Positions 35,488-44,485 of a DNA stretch of 64,000 nt are shown here, piece by piece (the stretch's first letter is position 1; each line of letters opens with the position of its first letter). This DNA is from Bacteroidia bacterium (lineage in GTDB: Bacteria > Bacteroidota > Bacteroidia > Flavobacteriales_D > Sanyastnellaceae). The stretch covers positions 235,388-299,387 of the forward strand of contig JAUICJ010000001.1 in NCBI GenBank assembly GCA_030427925.1, read 5' to 3'. A program made the translations under genes and the position numbers. A model generated the notes under the pieces. That model saw only the letters and a list, made by a program, of their open reading frames with translations, did no database searches and was not told the origin of the DNA.

Positions 35488-37563
35488 ATGACGGAAGAGC
35501 AACGCGCCCTTCAACTGCTTGTCGCGGCCACGGGCAACCCCGCGGTTCAATTCCGACCCGGACAGCTCGAATCCATCATGCAACTCGTGAGCCACCCCAG
35601 CCGGCAGCTGGTGGTGCAACGAACGGGTTGGGGCAAAAGCGCCGTCTACTTCATCGCCTCGAAGCTCCTCTCCGAACGCGGCGAAGGCATTACCGTCCTC
35701 GTATCCCCCTTGCTCGCCCTCATGCGCAACCAAATCGCAGCGGCTGAACGCATGGGAGTCCGCGCCCTAACGATCAACTCCACGAACTTCGAGGAGTGGA
35801 GCGCAGTGGAACAGCGCATCTTGCGCGGGGACTGCGACGTCCTTATGATTTCGCCAGAGCGCCTGAACAACCAGCGGTTTCGGGATGGGGTTTGGAGCCA
35901 AATCTCCAGCCGCATCGCCCTCCTCGTCATCGACGAAGCGCACTGCATTTCCGACTGGGGACACGATTTCCGCCCGCATTACCGGCTCATCGAGCGCCTC
36001 CTGCGCAACCTCCCTTCCAACGTCCGCGTCCTCGCCACGACCGCCACCGCGAATGACCGCGTGGTCGAAGACCTCCGAACCGTACTCGGCGCCCAGCTCC
36101 GCATCCTGCGCGGGCCGCTTGAGCGCAAGGGCCTGAGCTTGCAAACGGTGAAATTGGCGGACTCGGCGGAGCGCTTGGTTTGGCTCGACCAGGCCTTGCG
36201 GGCCATCGACGGCTGCGGCATCATCTACGTCTTGACGGTTCGGGATGCGCGCAACGTGACGAACTGGCTGGTCAGCCGGGGCCACGCCGTGGAGGCTTAC
36301 ACGAGCCAAAGCGATGACCGCATTGAGCTGGAAGACAAGCTCTTGAACAACGAGGTCCGCGCACTGGTGGCGACCGTGGCGCTGGGCATGGGCTTTGATA
36401 AGCCGGACTTGGCCTTCGTTTTTCACTACCAAATGCCCGGTTCGGTGGTCGCTTACTACCAGCAAGTGGGCCGCGCGGGCCGGGGCATTGCTCAATCTCG
36501 TGGGGTGCTTCTGAGCGGGCGCGAGGACGATGAGATTTCCACGTTTTTCATCGAATCCGCCTTTCCGAAGCCAGAGGAGGTCGCCATCGTCTTGGACGAG
36601 TTGATGGAATCCGAGGAGGGCCTTTCGATTGCCGAGTTGGAGCGGCAGGTGAACTTGAAGCGGTCGGCCATCCAAAAGGTGCTGCTGCTTTTGTCGATTG
36701 AAGACCCTGCTCCGGTCGCGAAGGAGGGCTCGAAGTGGGTTCCGACCATTCACGATGTTCCCGCCGCGTTTTGGGAGCGGGCGCAGCGGCTGACGCGGTT
36801 GCGTTTCGAGGAGTTGGACCAAATGCGCGCCTACGTGGACCTCCCGCCCGGAGAGCACATGAAATTCCTCCTCGACGCGCTCGATGGCCCTGCCCCCACA
36901 GAATCGGGAGGACTTCCTCACTTGAACATCGTGCTCGACCCTTCCCTTGTCGAACAAGCCCAGCGGTTCTTGAGGCGCGCTTACTTGATTTTTGAGCCGC
37001 GAAAGCGCTGGCCATCCGGCGTGCGCCTTCACTCCTTGGGCGCATCCGGCTCCATTCCGGCCTCCCACCAATGCATGACGGGCCAAGCCCTCTGCATCTA
37101 CAACGATTCAGGCTGGGGCAGGGCCGTGAAGCGTGGCAAGTATGTGGAGGGAAGGTTTGACGACGCGTTGGTGGATGCGCTCGTGGATTTGGTGGGCTCC
37201 TTGCCCCGCAGCCAGCCGCCCACGTGGGTGACGTGCATTCCTTCGCACCGGCATCCGGATTTGGTCCCTGACCTCGCCCGGCGCTTTGCCCAACGCATGA
37301 ACCTGCCTTTCCACCCCCTCCTCGCCACACACGTTCCGCACGCGGAGCAAAAAACGATGGAGAACAGCGCTTACCAGTGCGAGAATTTGGATCAAGCCTT
37401 CCGCCTTTTAAGCGCGCCACCGGCAGGACCTGTTTATCTTGTCGATGATATGGTCGATTCTCGTTGGACGTTTACGGTCGCTGCACACCTCTTGCTTTCT
37501 GCAGGTTCAGGTTCCGTGCATCCCATTGCGCTGGCTTCTTCAATGAATTCTGCGAATGGTTGA
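35488..37563 (+). CDS. RecQ-family SF2 helicase fused to a C-terminal ComF/GntX-type phosphoribosyltransferase-like domain (degenerate)
   Basis: Trimmed to the ATG at 35488 (MTEEQRALQ). Helicase motifs: QRTGWGKSAVY, LLVIDEAHCISDWGHDFRPHY, ATTATA, and YYQQVGRAGRG. The C-terminus WVTCIPSHRHPDLV...NLDQAF...GPVYLVDDMVDSRWTFTVAAHLL matches ComF-type PRTase topology, but the TTG of the PRPP loop is replaced by SRW. There is no HRDC domain. Confidence 0.8.
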   Translation: MTEEQRALQLLVAATGNPAVQFRPGQLESIMQLVSHPSRQLVVQRTGWGKSAVYFIASKLLSERGEGITVLVSPLLALMRNQIAAAERMGVRALTINSTNFEEWSAVEQRILRGDCDVLMISPERLNNQRFRDGVWSQISSRIALLVIDEAHCISDWGHDFRPHYRLIERLLRNLPSNVRVLATTATANDRVVEDLRTVLGAQLRILRGPLERKGLSLQTVKLADSAERLVWLDQALRAIDGCGIIYVLTVRDARNVTNWLVSRGHAVEAYTSQSDDRIELEDKLLNNEVRALVATVALGMGFDKPDLAFVFHYQMPGSVVAYYQQVGRAGRGIAQSRGVLLSGREDDEISTFFIESAFPKPEEVAIVLDELMESEEGLSIAELERQVNLKRSAIQKVLLLLSIEDPAPVAKEGSKWVPTIHDVPAAFWERAQRLTRLRFEELDQMRAYVDLPPGEHMKFLLDALDGPAPTESGGLPHLNIVLDPSLVEQAQRFLRRAYLIFEPRKRWPSGVRLHSLGASGSIPASHQCMTGQALCIYNDSGWGRAVKRGKYVEGRFDDALVDALVDLVGSLPRSQPPTWVTCIPSHRHPDLVPDLARRFAQRMNLPFHPLLATHVPHAEQKTMENSAYQCENLDQAFRLLSAPPAGPVYLVDDMVDSRWTFTVAAHLLLSAGSGSVHPIALASSMNSANG

Positions 37564-38650
37564 TTTTCAGATTTCCCCCGATACCGAGGTGGCCTTGCTG
37601 CTCACATCGACGTTGAAGGCCAAACCCGATGCGCAGCCGCTGACCTTAACCGAGTACAACCGTGTGATGCGGGGGTTGGTTGAACGCGGCATGCGGCCAG
37701 CCGAGTTGTTGAACGGCATTCCAGACGGCCTGATGGAGGCGGCGGGCGACCGGCTGGCCCGCTTGCTCGGACGTGGCGTGGCACTTGCCGATGCCCGCGT
37801 GGCGTGGTCCAACCGAGGCATTTGGGTGGCAGGTCGCAGCGATGAGCATTACCCCCAACGCATCGCAGAACAACTGAAAAACCAGCGTCCCCCTTTGTTT
37901 TACGGCGTCGGAAATCCCGAGCTCATGAACCGGCCCAGTTTCGGCATGGTCGGTTCACGGGAAACTTCGGAGGATGTGTTGAATTGGGTGCAGGAATTGG
38001 CCGCCGAGCGCGTGGCGCTGGGCGAAGTGGTGGTATCGGGCGGCGCGAAGGGCGTGGATTTGGCGGCGATGGTGGGAGCGTTGGAAGCGGGGGGCGGCAG
38101 CATCGGATTGTTGGCAAATGATTTGGCCAAACTCGCCCTCTCCAAACCCTTCCGCACCCCCCTTCGCAACGGCAACCTGCTGCTCCTTTCCGCCTCGGAA
38201 CCCGAAGAGCGGTTCAAAGCATGGAAGGCCATGGAGCGCAATAAGTTCATCTACAGCATGTCCAAGCAGCTTGTGGTGGTCGCCTCCGCCTCGGGCAGTG
38301 GGGGTACGTGGGCGGGCGCGATGGAAAACCTCGAGCACCGCTTTTGCACGGCGACCTACTTGCGACATGATGTTGGAGATGCCGGGCTTTCTGCGCTTCA
38401 TCGGCTCGGAATTCCATGGTGGGGCGCAGTGGACGCCGCGCCCCAAATGACCGAGTGGGAGCGAATCCGGAAGCACCTCTTGAATCACGGGCCCGATGGC
38501 CTGAAGAACATTCGCAAGGCCATTGAGTTCCCCGGTAAGGAAGGAACCTTGAAGGGCCTTTTGTTGGAACGGGTTGAATCGGGGGATTTGGTCCGAAAAG
38601 GAATCAAATACGCGGTCAGCGATGGCCACCAAGGCACCTTGTTCGAATGA
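37556..38650 (+). CDS. DprA/Smf-like (SLOG/Rossmann) protein with C-terminal winged-helix-like region
   Basis: The ATG at 37556 overlaps the RecQ-like stop by 8 nt. The core is GMVGSRETSEDV...VVSGGAKGVDLAAMVGALEAGGGSIGLLANDL...RNKFIYSMS..VVVASASGSGGTWAGA. Confidence 0.8.
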   Translation: MVDFQISPDTEVALLLTSTLKAKPDAQPLTLTEYNRVMRGLVERGMRPAELLNGIPDGLMEAAGDRLARLLGRGVALADARVAWSNRGIWVAGRSDEHYPQRIAEQLKNQRPPLFYGVGNPELMNRPSFGMVGSRETSEDVLNWVQELAAERVALGEVVVSGGAKGVDLAAMVGALEAGGGSIGLLANDLAKLALSKPFRTPLRNGNLLLLSASEPEERFKAWKAMERNKFIYSMSKQLVVVASASGSGGTWAGAMENLEHRFCTATYLRHDVGDAGLSALHRLGIPWWGAVDAAPQMTEWERIRKHLLNHGPDGLKNIRKAIEFPGKEGTLKGLLLERVESGDLVRKGIKYAVSDGHQGTLFE

Positions 38651-39972
38651 AAATTGATAAAAAAAATCGGGAGTTTCAGGAAGCTGCCGACGCGGTGCTC
38701 CAAGGCACGGAATCGCTGTTTTTGACAGGCCGAGCTGGCACCGGAAAGACCACCTTTTTGAAGCACATCCGCTCGAGTGCCACCCGACGAACCGCAGTAG
38801 TCGCCCCGACGGGCATCGCGGCGTTGAATGCCGGAGGCATGACCATCCATTCACTCTTCGGCGTTTCGCCTTTTTGGGACCTCGCTACCATGACCCCCGA
38901 AGAAGCCGCGCGGGAAGTGCGCCTGTCTCCTCGGAAGCGCAAAGTGGTGGAAAAACTGGAGTTGCTCATCATCGACGAGGTTTCGATGGTAAGAGCAGAT
39001 TTATTGGACGTGGTGGATGCGGTTTTGCGCCGATACAGTACGCGCGCTGCGGGCAAGGTAATGCCGTTCGGCGGCGCGCAGGTGGTCATGATCGGCGACC
39101 CTTACCAGTTGCCTCCGGTGGTGAGGCGGGAACAACGCGAGGCGCTTTTGGCCCGTTACTCCAGCCCGTTTTTCTTCGATTCGGAGGCGTTTAAGCTGTT
39201 GGCCCCCCAAGTCATCGAACTCCAAAAGATCTATCGCCAAAGCGACCCCGAGTTCATCGGCTTGCTCAATTCCCTTCGCGATGGAGTGGTCACCGAATCC
39301 GCCCTGGCGCCCTTGAAATCCCGGGTTCAACCGGGTATCCTCGAATCCGTTCCAGAAGGCTACCTGACGCTCTGCACCCACCGCAACACCGCCGAAGAAA
39401 TCAATGATCGGGAACTGAGAAAACTGGACGGGAAGCAACGCACTTACGAGGGCAGTTTGAAGGACAAATTCAACGCTTCCGAGGCACCTGCCCCCGTTCA
39501 ATTGGAGTTGAAAGTTGGGGCTCAAGTGATGTTCGTGCGAAATGACCCCGACGAACAATACCAAAACGGCTCCCTGGCCGAGGTGCTCGAAGTCCACAAG
39601 CATCGGGTCAGGGTGCGATTGCTCAACCACCCAGATGAGGCGCCGTTCGACGTGGAGTCGGTGAAGTGGGAGAAGAAGGAACTCCAATTGGCCGATGGCA
39701 AGATGAAGGAGGAAGTCATCGGCACCTACACGCAGTTGCCTTTGCAATTGGCGTGGGCCATCACGGTGCACAAGAGCCAGGGCCTGACCTTGGACCACGT
39801 GGTCGCGGATGTTGCGCGCGCCTTCGATTCAGGCCAAACCTACGTCGCCCTCTCCCGCTGCACCTCCCTCGAAGGCCTCATCCTCCCCGCCATGCCCAGC
39901 CTCCGGTCCATCCGCGTCGCTCCCGAAGTGCGCGCCTTCATGTCCAATTCGAAGCGCTCTCTCGGTACTTGA
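38647..39972 (+). CDS. Pif1-family SF1 helicase
   Basis: ATGA overlap with the DprA-like stop. Motifs: LTGRAGTGKTTF, LLIIDEVSMV, VMIGDPYQLPPV, and AITVHKSQGLTLDHVV...YVALSRCTSLEGL. Confidence 0.85.
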   Translation: MKIDKKNREFQEAADAVLQGTESLFLTGRAGTGKTTFLKHIRSSATRRTAVVAPTGIAALNAGGMTIHSLFGVSPFWDLATMTPEEAAREVRLSPRKRKVVEKLELLIIDEVSMVRADLLDVVDAVLRRYSTRAAGKVMPFGGAQVVMIGDPYQLPPVVRREQREALLARYSSPFFFDSEAFKLLAPQVIELQKIYRQSDPEFIGLLNSLRDGVVTESALAPLKSRVQPGILESVPEGYLTLCTHRNTAEEINDRELRKLDGKQRTYEGSLKDKFNASEAPAPVQLELKVGAQVMFVRNDPDEQYQNGSLAEVLEVHKHRVRVRLLNHPDEAPFDVESVKWEKKELQLADGKMKEEVIGTYTQLPLQLAWAITVHKSQGLTLDHVVADVARAFDSGQTYVALSRCTSLEGLILPAMPSLRSIRVAPEVRAFMSNSKRSLGT

Positions 39973-40047
39973 GCCCATCCGTGAAGCGCCGTCGCGCATC
40001 CATGAACCCCGAATCCATCCCGGCGATGGAGGCCGTAAGTTCGCATC

Positions 40048-40482
40048 ATGGAACCCCGAAAGTCCCGCATGGAACTGCGCTCAGCGGCCTTCACCCGAGC
40101 GATCCGTCGCCTCGGGCAGGGCATCGACCGCGTGCCGCCTCGCGCCGACGATGAGGAGTTGACCATGGAAGAGGAAGGCCTGATCCAGCGCTTCGAGTAC
40201 TGCTTCGAATTGGGGTGGAAGCTCTTGCAGGATGTGGCGACGGACCTTCACGGTCAGCGGCTCGGTGGACCGCGGGCGGTCATCCGTTGGGCCACCGCGG
40301 AGGGCTGGGCGGAGGACGGGGAGGTGTGGTTGTCGATGTTGCAGAGCCGCAACGTGACGACGCACGTTTACGACCGGGCGACCATCCCGCCCGTGTTGCA
40401 GAAAATCCGGGGCGTGTATTTTAGGGCCTTACATGGACTTGAAGAAGCGGCTCGAAATCATTGCGCGCGCGGATCGGATTGA
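40048..40482 (+). CDS. HI0074-family nucleotidyltransferase substrate-binding (HEPN-like) protein
   Basis: GLIQRFEYCFELGWKLLQD...MLQSRNVTTHVYD is the recognisable family core. Confidence 0.8.
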   Translation: MEPRKSRMELRSAAFTRAIRRLGQGIDRVPPRADDEELTMEEEGLIQRFEYCFELGWKLLQDVATDLHGQRLGGPRAVIRWATAEGWAEDGEVWLSMLQSRNVTTHVYDRATIPPVLQKIRGVYFRALHGLEEAARNHCARGSD

Positions 40483-40486
40483 ACCG

Positions 40487-40825
40487 ATGCGGTGGGGCAT
40501 CGGTCAATCCTTTTGGGACGGGCTGTGTGAGGTGTTCGCCGCTCATCCGACCATCAAGGCGGTGGTGTTGTTTGGTTCCCGGGCTCGGGGGACCCAGCGC
40601 AAGGGTTCGGACGTGGATTTGTGCGTGTTCGGCCGCGAATTTTCATTCGATGACCGGCTCGCTGTCATGGACCAAATCGACGACCTCTGGTGGCCCTACC
40701 ACGTGGACATCATCCATTGGGAGTCGAGTCGCTCCCCGGAGTGGCGACAAAAAGTCCGCCTCGACGCCCGGCTCGTTTACCAGCGTTCCGGCTCCGCGGA
40801 ATTGCCCCCTCAATTGACGGCCTGA
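40487..40825 (+). CDS. Minimal nucleotidyltransferase (MNT, HI0073-like)
   Basis: VVLFGSRARGTQRKGSDVDLCVFG is the NTase GS...D.D motif. I chose the start at the ATG at 40487, 4 nt after the HEPN stop. The ATG at 40433 is an alternative. Confidence 0.8.
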   Translation: MRWGIGQSFWDGLCEVFAAHPTIKAVVLFGSRARGTQRKGSDVDLCVFGREFSFDDRLAVMDQIDDLWWPYHVDIIHWESSRSPEWRQKVRLDARLVYQRSGSAELPPQLTA

Positions 40826-43233
40826 CACCTCGCCACCGACTTCAAGCTCCGGGCCGTGTATTCCGCGGGCTTGCCCTGTTCAATTTCAAATGAAACGCGC
40901 CGGGTCTCACCGGGCTCAAGGGCGAATCCGTTGTCCTCGAACCACCCCGGCACATCGGCCTCCAATCGGACGACCGGAACGTAGTAAGGCGCGGTGACTT
41001 CGACGCCGCCGGGTACGCCGTGGATTTCGACCGGCGCATGCGGAGGCCGGAACTCCAACGGGTTGACGAACAAGGCCGTGCGGCGACCTTCGCTCGACGT
41101 CCAGCCGAGGTAGGTGTGCGCCGGATCGGCGGACCAGGGAGCCAACGCGTCGAGGACGATGGCGGTTTGGCTGTGGGGCGCCAAGTCGATGGCGCGCTGC
41201 ACCCTCCGCCGAACTTGCCCATCCGGTGTTTTCAATTCAAACTGAACCGTATCGCGCCACGGGGAAGGACCGTCGTTGAAGGCGATGAAGACCAGGGAGT
41301 CCGTGCGCTCGCGTTGCCAAAGGACTGCGCGGGGTGCGTTCGCGCGGCGGGCGGCGTAGTGGCCGAGTTTCCATCGCCCCGCCCAGTCCACGGTGGACCA
41401 GGAGACCGCGGGCCACACGTCGTTCAGGGACCAGTAGAGCGAACCGGCGTAGCGGCCGGCGCTGGTACGGTGGCGTTCGAGGGCGTGCTGGAGGCCCAGG
41501 GCTTGCGTGGTTTGGCTTCGGAAAATCCAGTCGTCCAAATCCCCGTCCGCCGGTGCCCCCACTGCCTTCCCCATGAAGTGCAGCATCATGTCCCACCCGT
41601 CGAACCCGGGCTCCAGCCAATCCATGCGGCTCCGCTGGCGGTACTGCAGCGCGGAATCCCCGAACGCCTCGACGCCCGCCTCCCGCAGCGTGTGCCGATC
41701 CGGTAAGCTCTGCAACCCGTACTCGCTCGCAAACCGCCCCCGGTGCCGGCTGTAGTAATCGAAATCCCCCAGCCCAAACCAAATGCCCCATGCGTGCTCG
41801 TCCCCGCCTTCCCCGCGGTTGGGCGACGACGGCCAGTAAAACGCATCGCTTTCGGCCGCCACCACGCGCGGTAACAGGTCATTGAACACCGTTTCGTAAT
41901 CCGCCCAAACCCGCGCGCTGTCCGCCCCATGCAGGCCATACAGGTCCTGCCACCCCCATTCGTACCACGCCCGTTCCACCTCGTTGTTGCCGCACCAAAG
42001 CGCGAGGCACGCGTGGTGCCGCAGCCGCCCCACTTGCTCGCGCGCCTCCGCTTCCAAGTTGGCCAGGAAGGCCGCATCGCCCGGCACCATGGAACAAGCA
42101 AAGGCGAAGTCCTGCCAAACCAGCACCCCCGCCTCATCGCACGCCTGATAAAACGACTCCGGCGGGTAGATGCCACCACCCCAAACCCGCAACATGTTCA
42201 TGTCCGCCGAAACCGCCTGCTCCACCGTTTCAATCCATTTTGAAGCGGCGCGCACCTCGTGGAAATCCGGCGGGACGATGTTCGCGCCGCGCGCGTGGAT
42301 TGGGACGCCGTTGACGTGCAGGGCGAATTGGGGGCCGAAAGCGTCGGGGGTTTGGACCCACTCGAGCGTGCGCAATCCGAGGCGAGTCGTGCGCTCTACC
42401 CCAGTGGCCTCGTGCCTCCACGGCAGGGTGTACAGCGGCTGATCGCCCATGCCAAGCGGCCACCACAGAGCCGGTTGCTCGATGACGAGCGTGTCGCCAT
42501 CCCAATTCCAGTCCCCTTGCAACGTCCAGCCAGCCCGGTTGTGCACCGCCACCCGAGCGGAGGCTGCGGAAGCCGTGAGCACTTCGCACCACGGCGTCGG
42601 CGCATCGGTCCAGCCGCCCGCCGCAGGGTTCACCCACCGCACCATCCCCGTGATGCCAGGGCCCGCAAGCCGCGGCCCCCAGTCCCAGCCGAACTGGTAA
42701 GGGGCCTTCCGCGTGTAGGGACTGCTCTGCTTACCGATGGGCCGGGGTTCATTGCCCGCGGGCAATGCCGCCGAACCCCCAGCGGCCTCAAGGCCACGGG
42801 CCGCCACCGGGTCGAAGCGCACCACCAGCTCGCGCTCCCCGTCGCCTGCCGGGAAATCCGCGCTGCGCCACGTCCGGAGCGCATTGTTCGCCTCGAGCAC
42901 CACCGCCCCATCCACTTCCACCGTCGCATACGTGTCCAGCCCGTCAAACACCAGGAACGTCGCATCGCCGGCGGACCAGCCTTCCGGCCGCACCAGCTCC
43001 AGCCGATACGTCCAAACCGAATCTTCGACCCATTGGACCGCCCCTTCGTTGGTCCCCAAAAACGCATTCGGAACCCGTCCGGCCCGCTCCAATTCCAGCA
43101 ACACATGCCCCGGCACTTCCGCCGATCCGATCCCATCGAGCACCCAGCCCGCCCGCAATTCCACGGCCTCCGGTGCCGCCGAGCGCCCGCATCCCAAACC
43201 GACGGCCAACGCCGCCCAAAGCCATCCTTTCAT
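40810..43233 (-). CDS. Glycoside hydrolase family 2 (beta-mannosidase-like)
   Basis: 807 aa with a signal or lipoprotein-like N-terminus (ALAVGLGC). It has the GH2 sugar-binding, Ig-like and TIM architecture with WCGNNEVERAW and WPSSP motifs. Confidence 0.75.
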   Translation of the reverse strand: MKGWLWAALAVGLGCGRSAAPEAVELRAGWVLDGIGSAEVPGHVLLELERAGRVPNAFLGTNEGAVQWVEDSVWTYRLELVRPEGWSAGDATFLVFDGLDTYATVEVDGAVVLEANNALRTWRSADFPAGDGERELVVRFDPVAARGLEAAGGSAALPAGNEPRPIGKQSSPYTRKAPYQFGWDWGPRLAGPGITGMVRWVNPAAGGWTDAPTPWCEVLTASAASARVAVHNRAGWTLQGDWNWDGDTLVIEQPALWWPLGMGDQPLYTLPWRHEATGVERTTRLGLRTLEWVQTPDAFGPQFALHVNGVPIHARGANIVPPDFHEVRAASKWIETVEQAVSADMNMLRVWGGGIYPPESFYQACDEAGVLVWQDFAFACSMVPGDAAFLANLEAEAREQVGRLRHHACLALWCGNNEVERAWYEWGWQDLYGLHGADSARVWADYETVFNDLLPRVVAAESDAFYWPSSPNRGEGGDEHAWGIWFGLGDFDYYSRHRGRFASEYGLQSLPDRHTLREAGVEAFGDSALQYRQRSRMDWLEPGFDGWDMMLHFMGKAVGAPADGDLDDWIFRSQTTQALGLQHALERHRTSAGRYAGSLYWSLNDVWPAVSWSTVDWAGRWKLGHYAARRANAPRAVLWQRERTDSLVFIAFNDGPSPWRDTVQFELKTPDGQVRRRVQRAIDLAPHSQTAIVLDALAPWSADPAHTYLGWTSSEGRRTALFVNPLEFRPPHAPVEIHGVPGGVEVTAPYYVPVVRLEADVPGWFEDNGFALEPGETRRVSFEIEQGKPAEYTARSLKSVARCQAVN

Positions 43234-43255
43234 GGCTCAATGATACGGAATCCCC

Positions 43256-43987
43256 TCAGCGCCCCTGCAGTTCCCGCAGCAGCATGCGTTTCGCGATGGG
43301 CAGCAAGGTCTCATGCAACGGAAAGCCCATCGACGCCCGCACGAGGTAGGTCGCGGGGTTGGGCAGGTCTTTGAACCGCCGAATCAGCCCCAGTTTCACG
43401 CTCTCAAAGGACTCGCTCAGCAGCTTGTACCGCTGTTCGATGGGCTCGAGCGACAGCTGAATCATCCGATCGTCGTCGAGTTGGATCCAGCTTTTGGCAT
43501 AGCGGTAGGTGCGCAGAAAATGCTGGCTCTCATCGTAGACCAAAACGTACCCATCCCCGCGATAAATCGGCACCACCCCCACCGGCATCACCTCCAAATG
43601 CTCCTCGATCCAGTCGAACAGCTCCCGGCCCTCCTCGAGCACGCGGTCCAACTCCGGCAGCGCGAACGCCAAACACGCCTCGAAGTACGCCTCCAATTCC
43701 GCATTGCCCATCGGCTCATCCTGTTCGAAAATGAGCCGAAGGTGCGCCCAATCGATGCCGGCGATGGAGCGGTTCGTCCCGGATTGCCAAGCCGCCCGCG
43801 CCCGCGCAAAGGCGTTCATAAACCGATGATGCTCAATGACTTCTCCGAGCGCAGGATAAACCCGCCCGGCGTCAAATTGCTGGCGAACGCGTTGCAACCA
43901 GGCCAAAAACAAGTACTGCTTGTACTCGACATCCAGCGCTCCTTGGGTCAACCATTGCGCTTGCAGGGTAGGGGAATGCAGTGTCAT
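43256..43987 (-). CDS. Hypothetical cytoplasmic protein (243 aa)
   Basis: Clean ORF with unbiased composition and an ATG start. Family not recognised. Confidence 0.55.
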   Translation of the reverse strand: MTLHSPTLQAQWLTQGALDVEYKQYLFLAWLQRVRQQFDAGRVYPALGEVIEHHRFMNAFARARAAWQSGTNRSIAGIDWAHLRLIFEQDEPMGNAELEAYFEACLAFALPELDRVLEEGRELFDWIEEHLEVMPVGVVPIYRGDGYVLVYDESQHFLRTYRYAKSWIQLDDDRMIQLSLEPIEQRYKLLSESFESVKLGLIRRFKDLPNPATYLVRASMGFPLHETLLPIAKRMLLRELQGR

Positions 43988-44096
43988 GCTCCGTGTTTAC
44001 GGAGGTGAATTGCAACAGGTTACGTGCGCGTTAACACGCGAGGCACTTGTCAGTTTACATTCCATGCTTATTTTCGTGCCCCATAAACTGCAAGAC

Positions 44097-44414
44097 ATGA
44101 AAAATTTGCTCTACACCCTCCTCGCAGCAGGAGTTGTCGTCATCGCGGGTTGCGGTGAGGACACGGTCGTCTGCGACGGCGACAAGGCGATCATCCGCGT
44201 TGTGAACAACACCGTTTGCACGCCGGACATCGAAATCGAAGGCGACCTGATGGAAGCCGACATGCCCATCCTCGACTCAGCTGAGTACGAAGTGGACGCT
44301 GGATCGTACACGGTCCGCGCGAAGATGGCGTTGATCTCAGCTTGCGAAGACCGTTCAGAGACGTTTGAAACCGAGTGCGGTGGCTTCTACCGCTTCGAAG
44401 TTTACGTCGACTGA
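44097..44414 (+). CDS. Small lipoprotein
   Basis: The ATG at 44097 gives MKNLLYTLLAAGVVVIAGC (lipobox). It is followed by a hairpin and T tract. Confidence 0.65.
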   Translation: MKNLLYTLLAAGVVVIAGCGEDTVVCDGDKAIIRVVNNTVCTPDIEIEGDLMEADMPILDSAEYEVDAGSYTVRAKMALISACEDRSETFETECGGFYRFEVYVD

Positions 44415-44447
44415 TTTCGTCTGAACTCCGATATTCAAAGCCCTCTG

Positions 44448-44474
44448 AGCCCCGTGCTCCGGGGGCTTTTTTTA
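44448..44474 (+). terminator. Rho-independent terminator
   Basis: AGCCCC...GGGGCT hairpin followed by T7. Confidence 0.6.
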
Positions 44475-44485
44475 TTCAATCGAAC

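Noticed and set aside
37441-37470. 10-nt match (TCGATTCTCG) to the tRNA-Arg T-arm/3' region inside the RecQ-PRTase gene, as a possible att remnant
   Set aside because: It is too short, lies inside a coding region that encodes the conserved PRTase loop, and has no flanking similarity to the tRNA.
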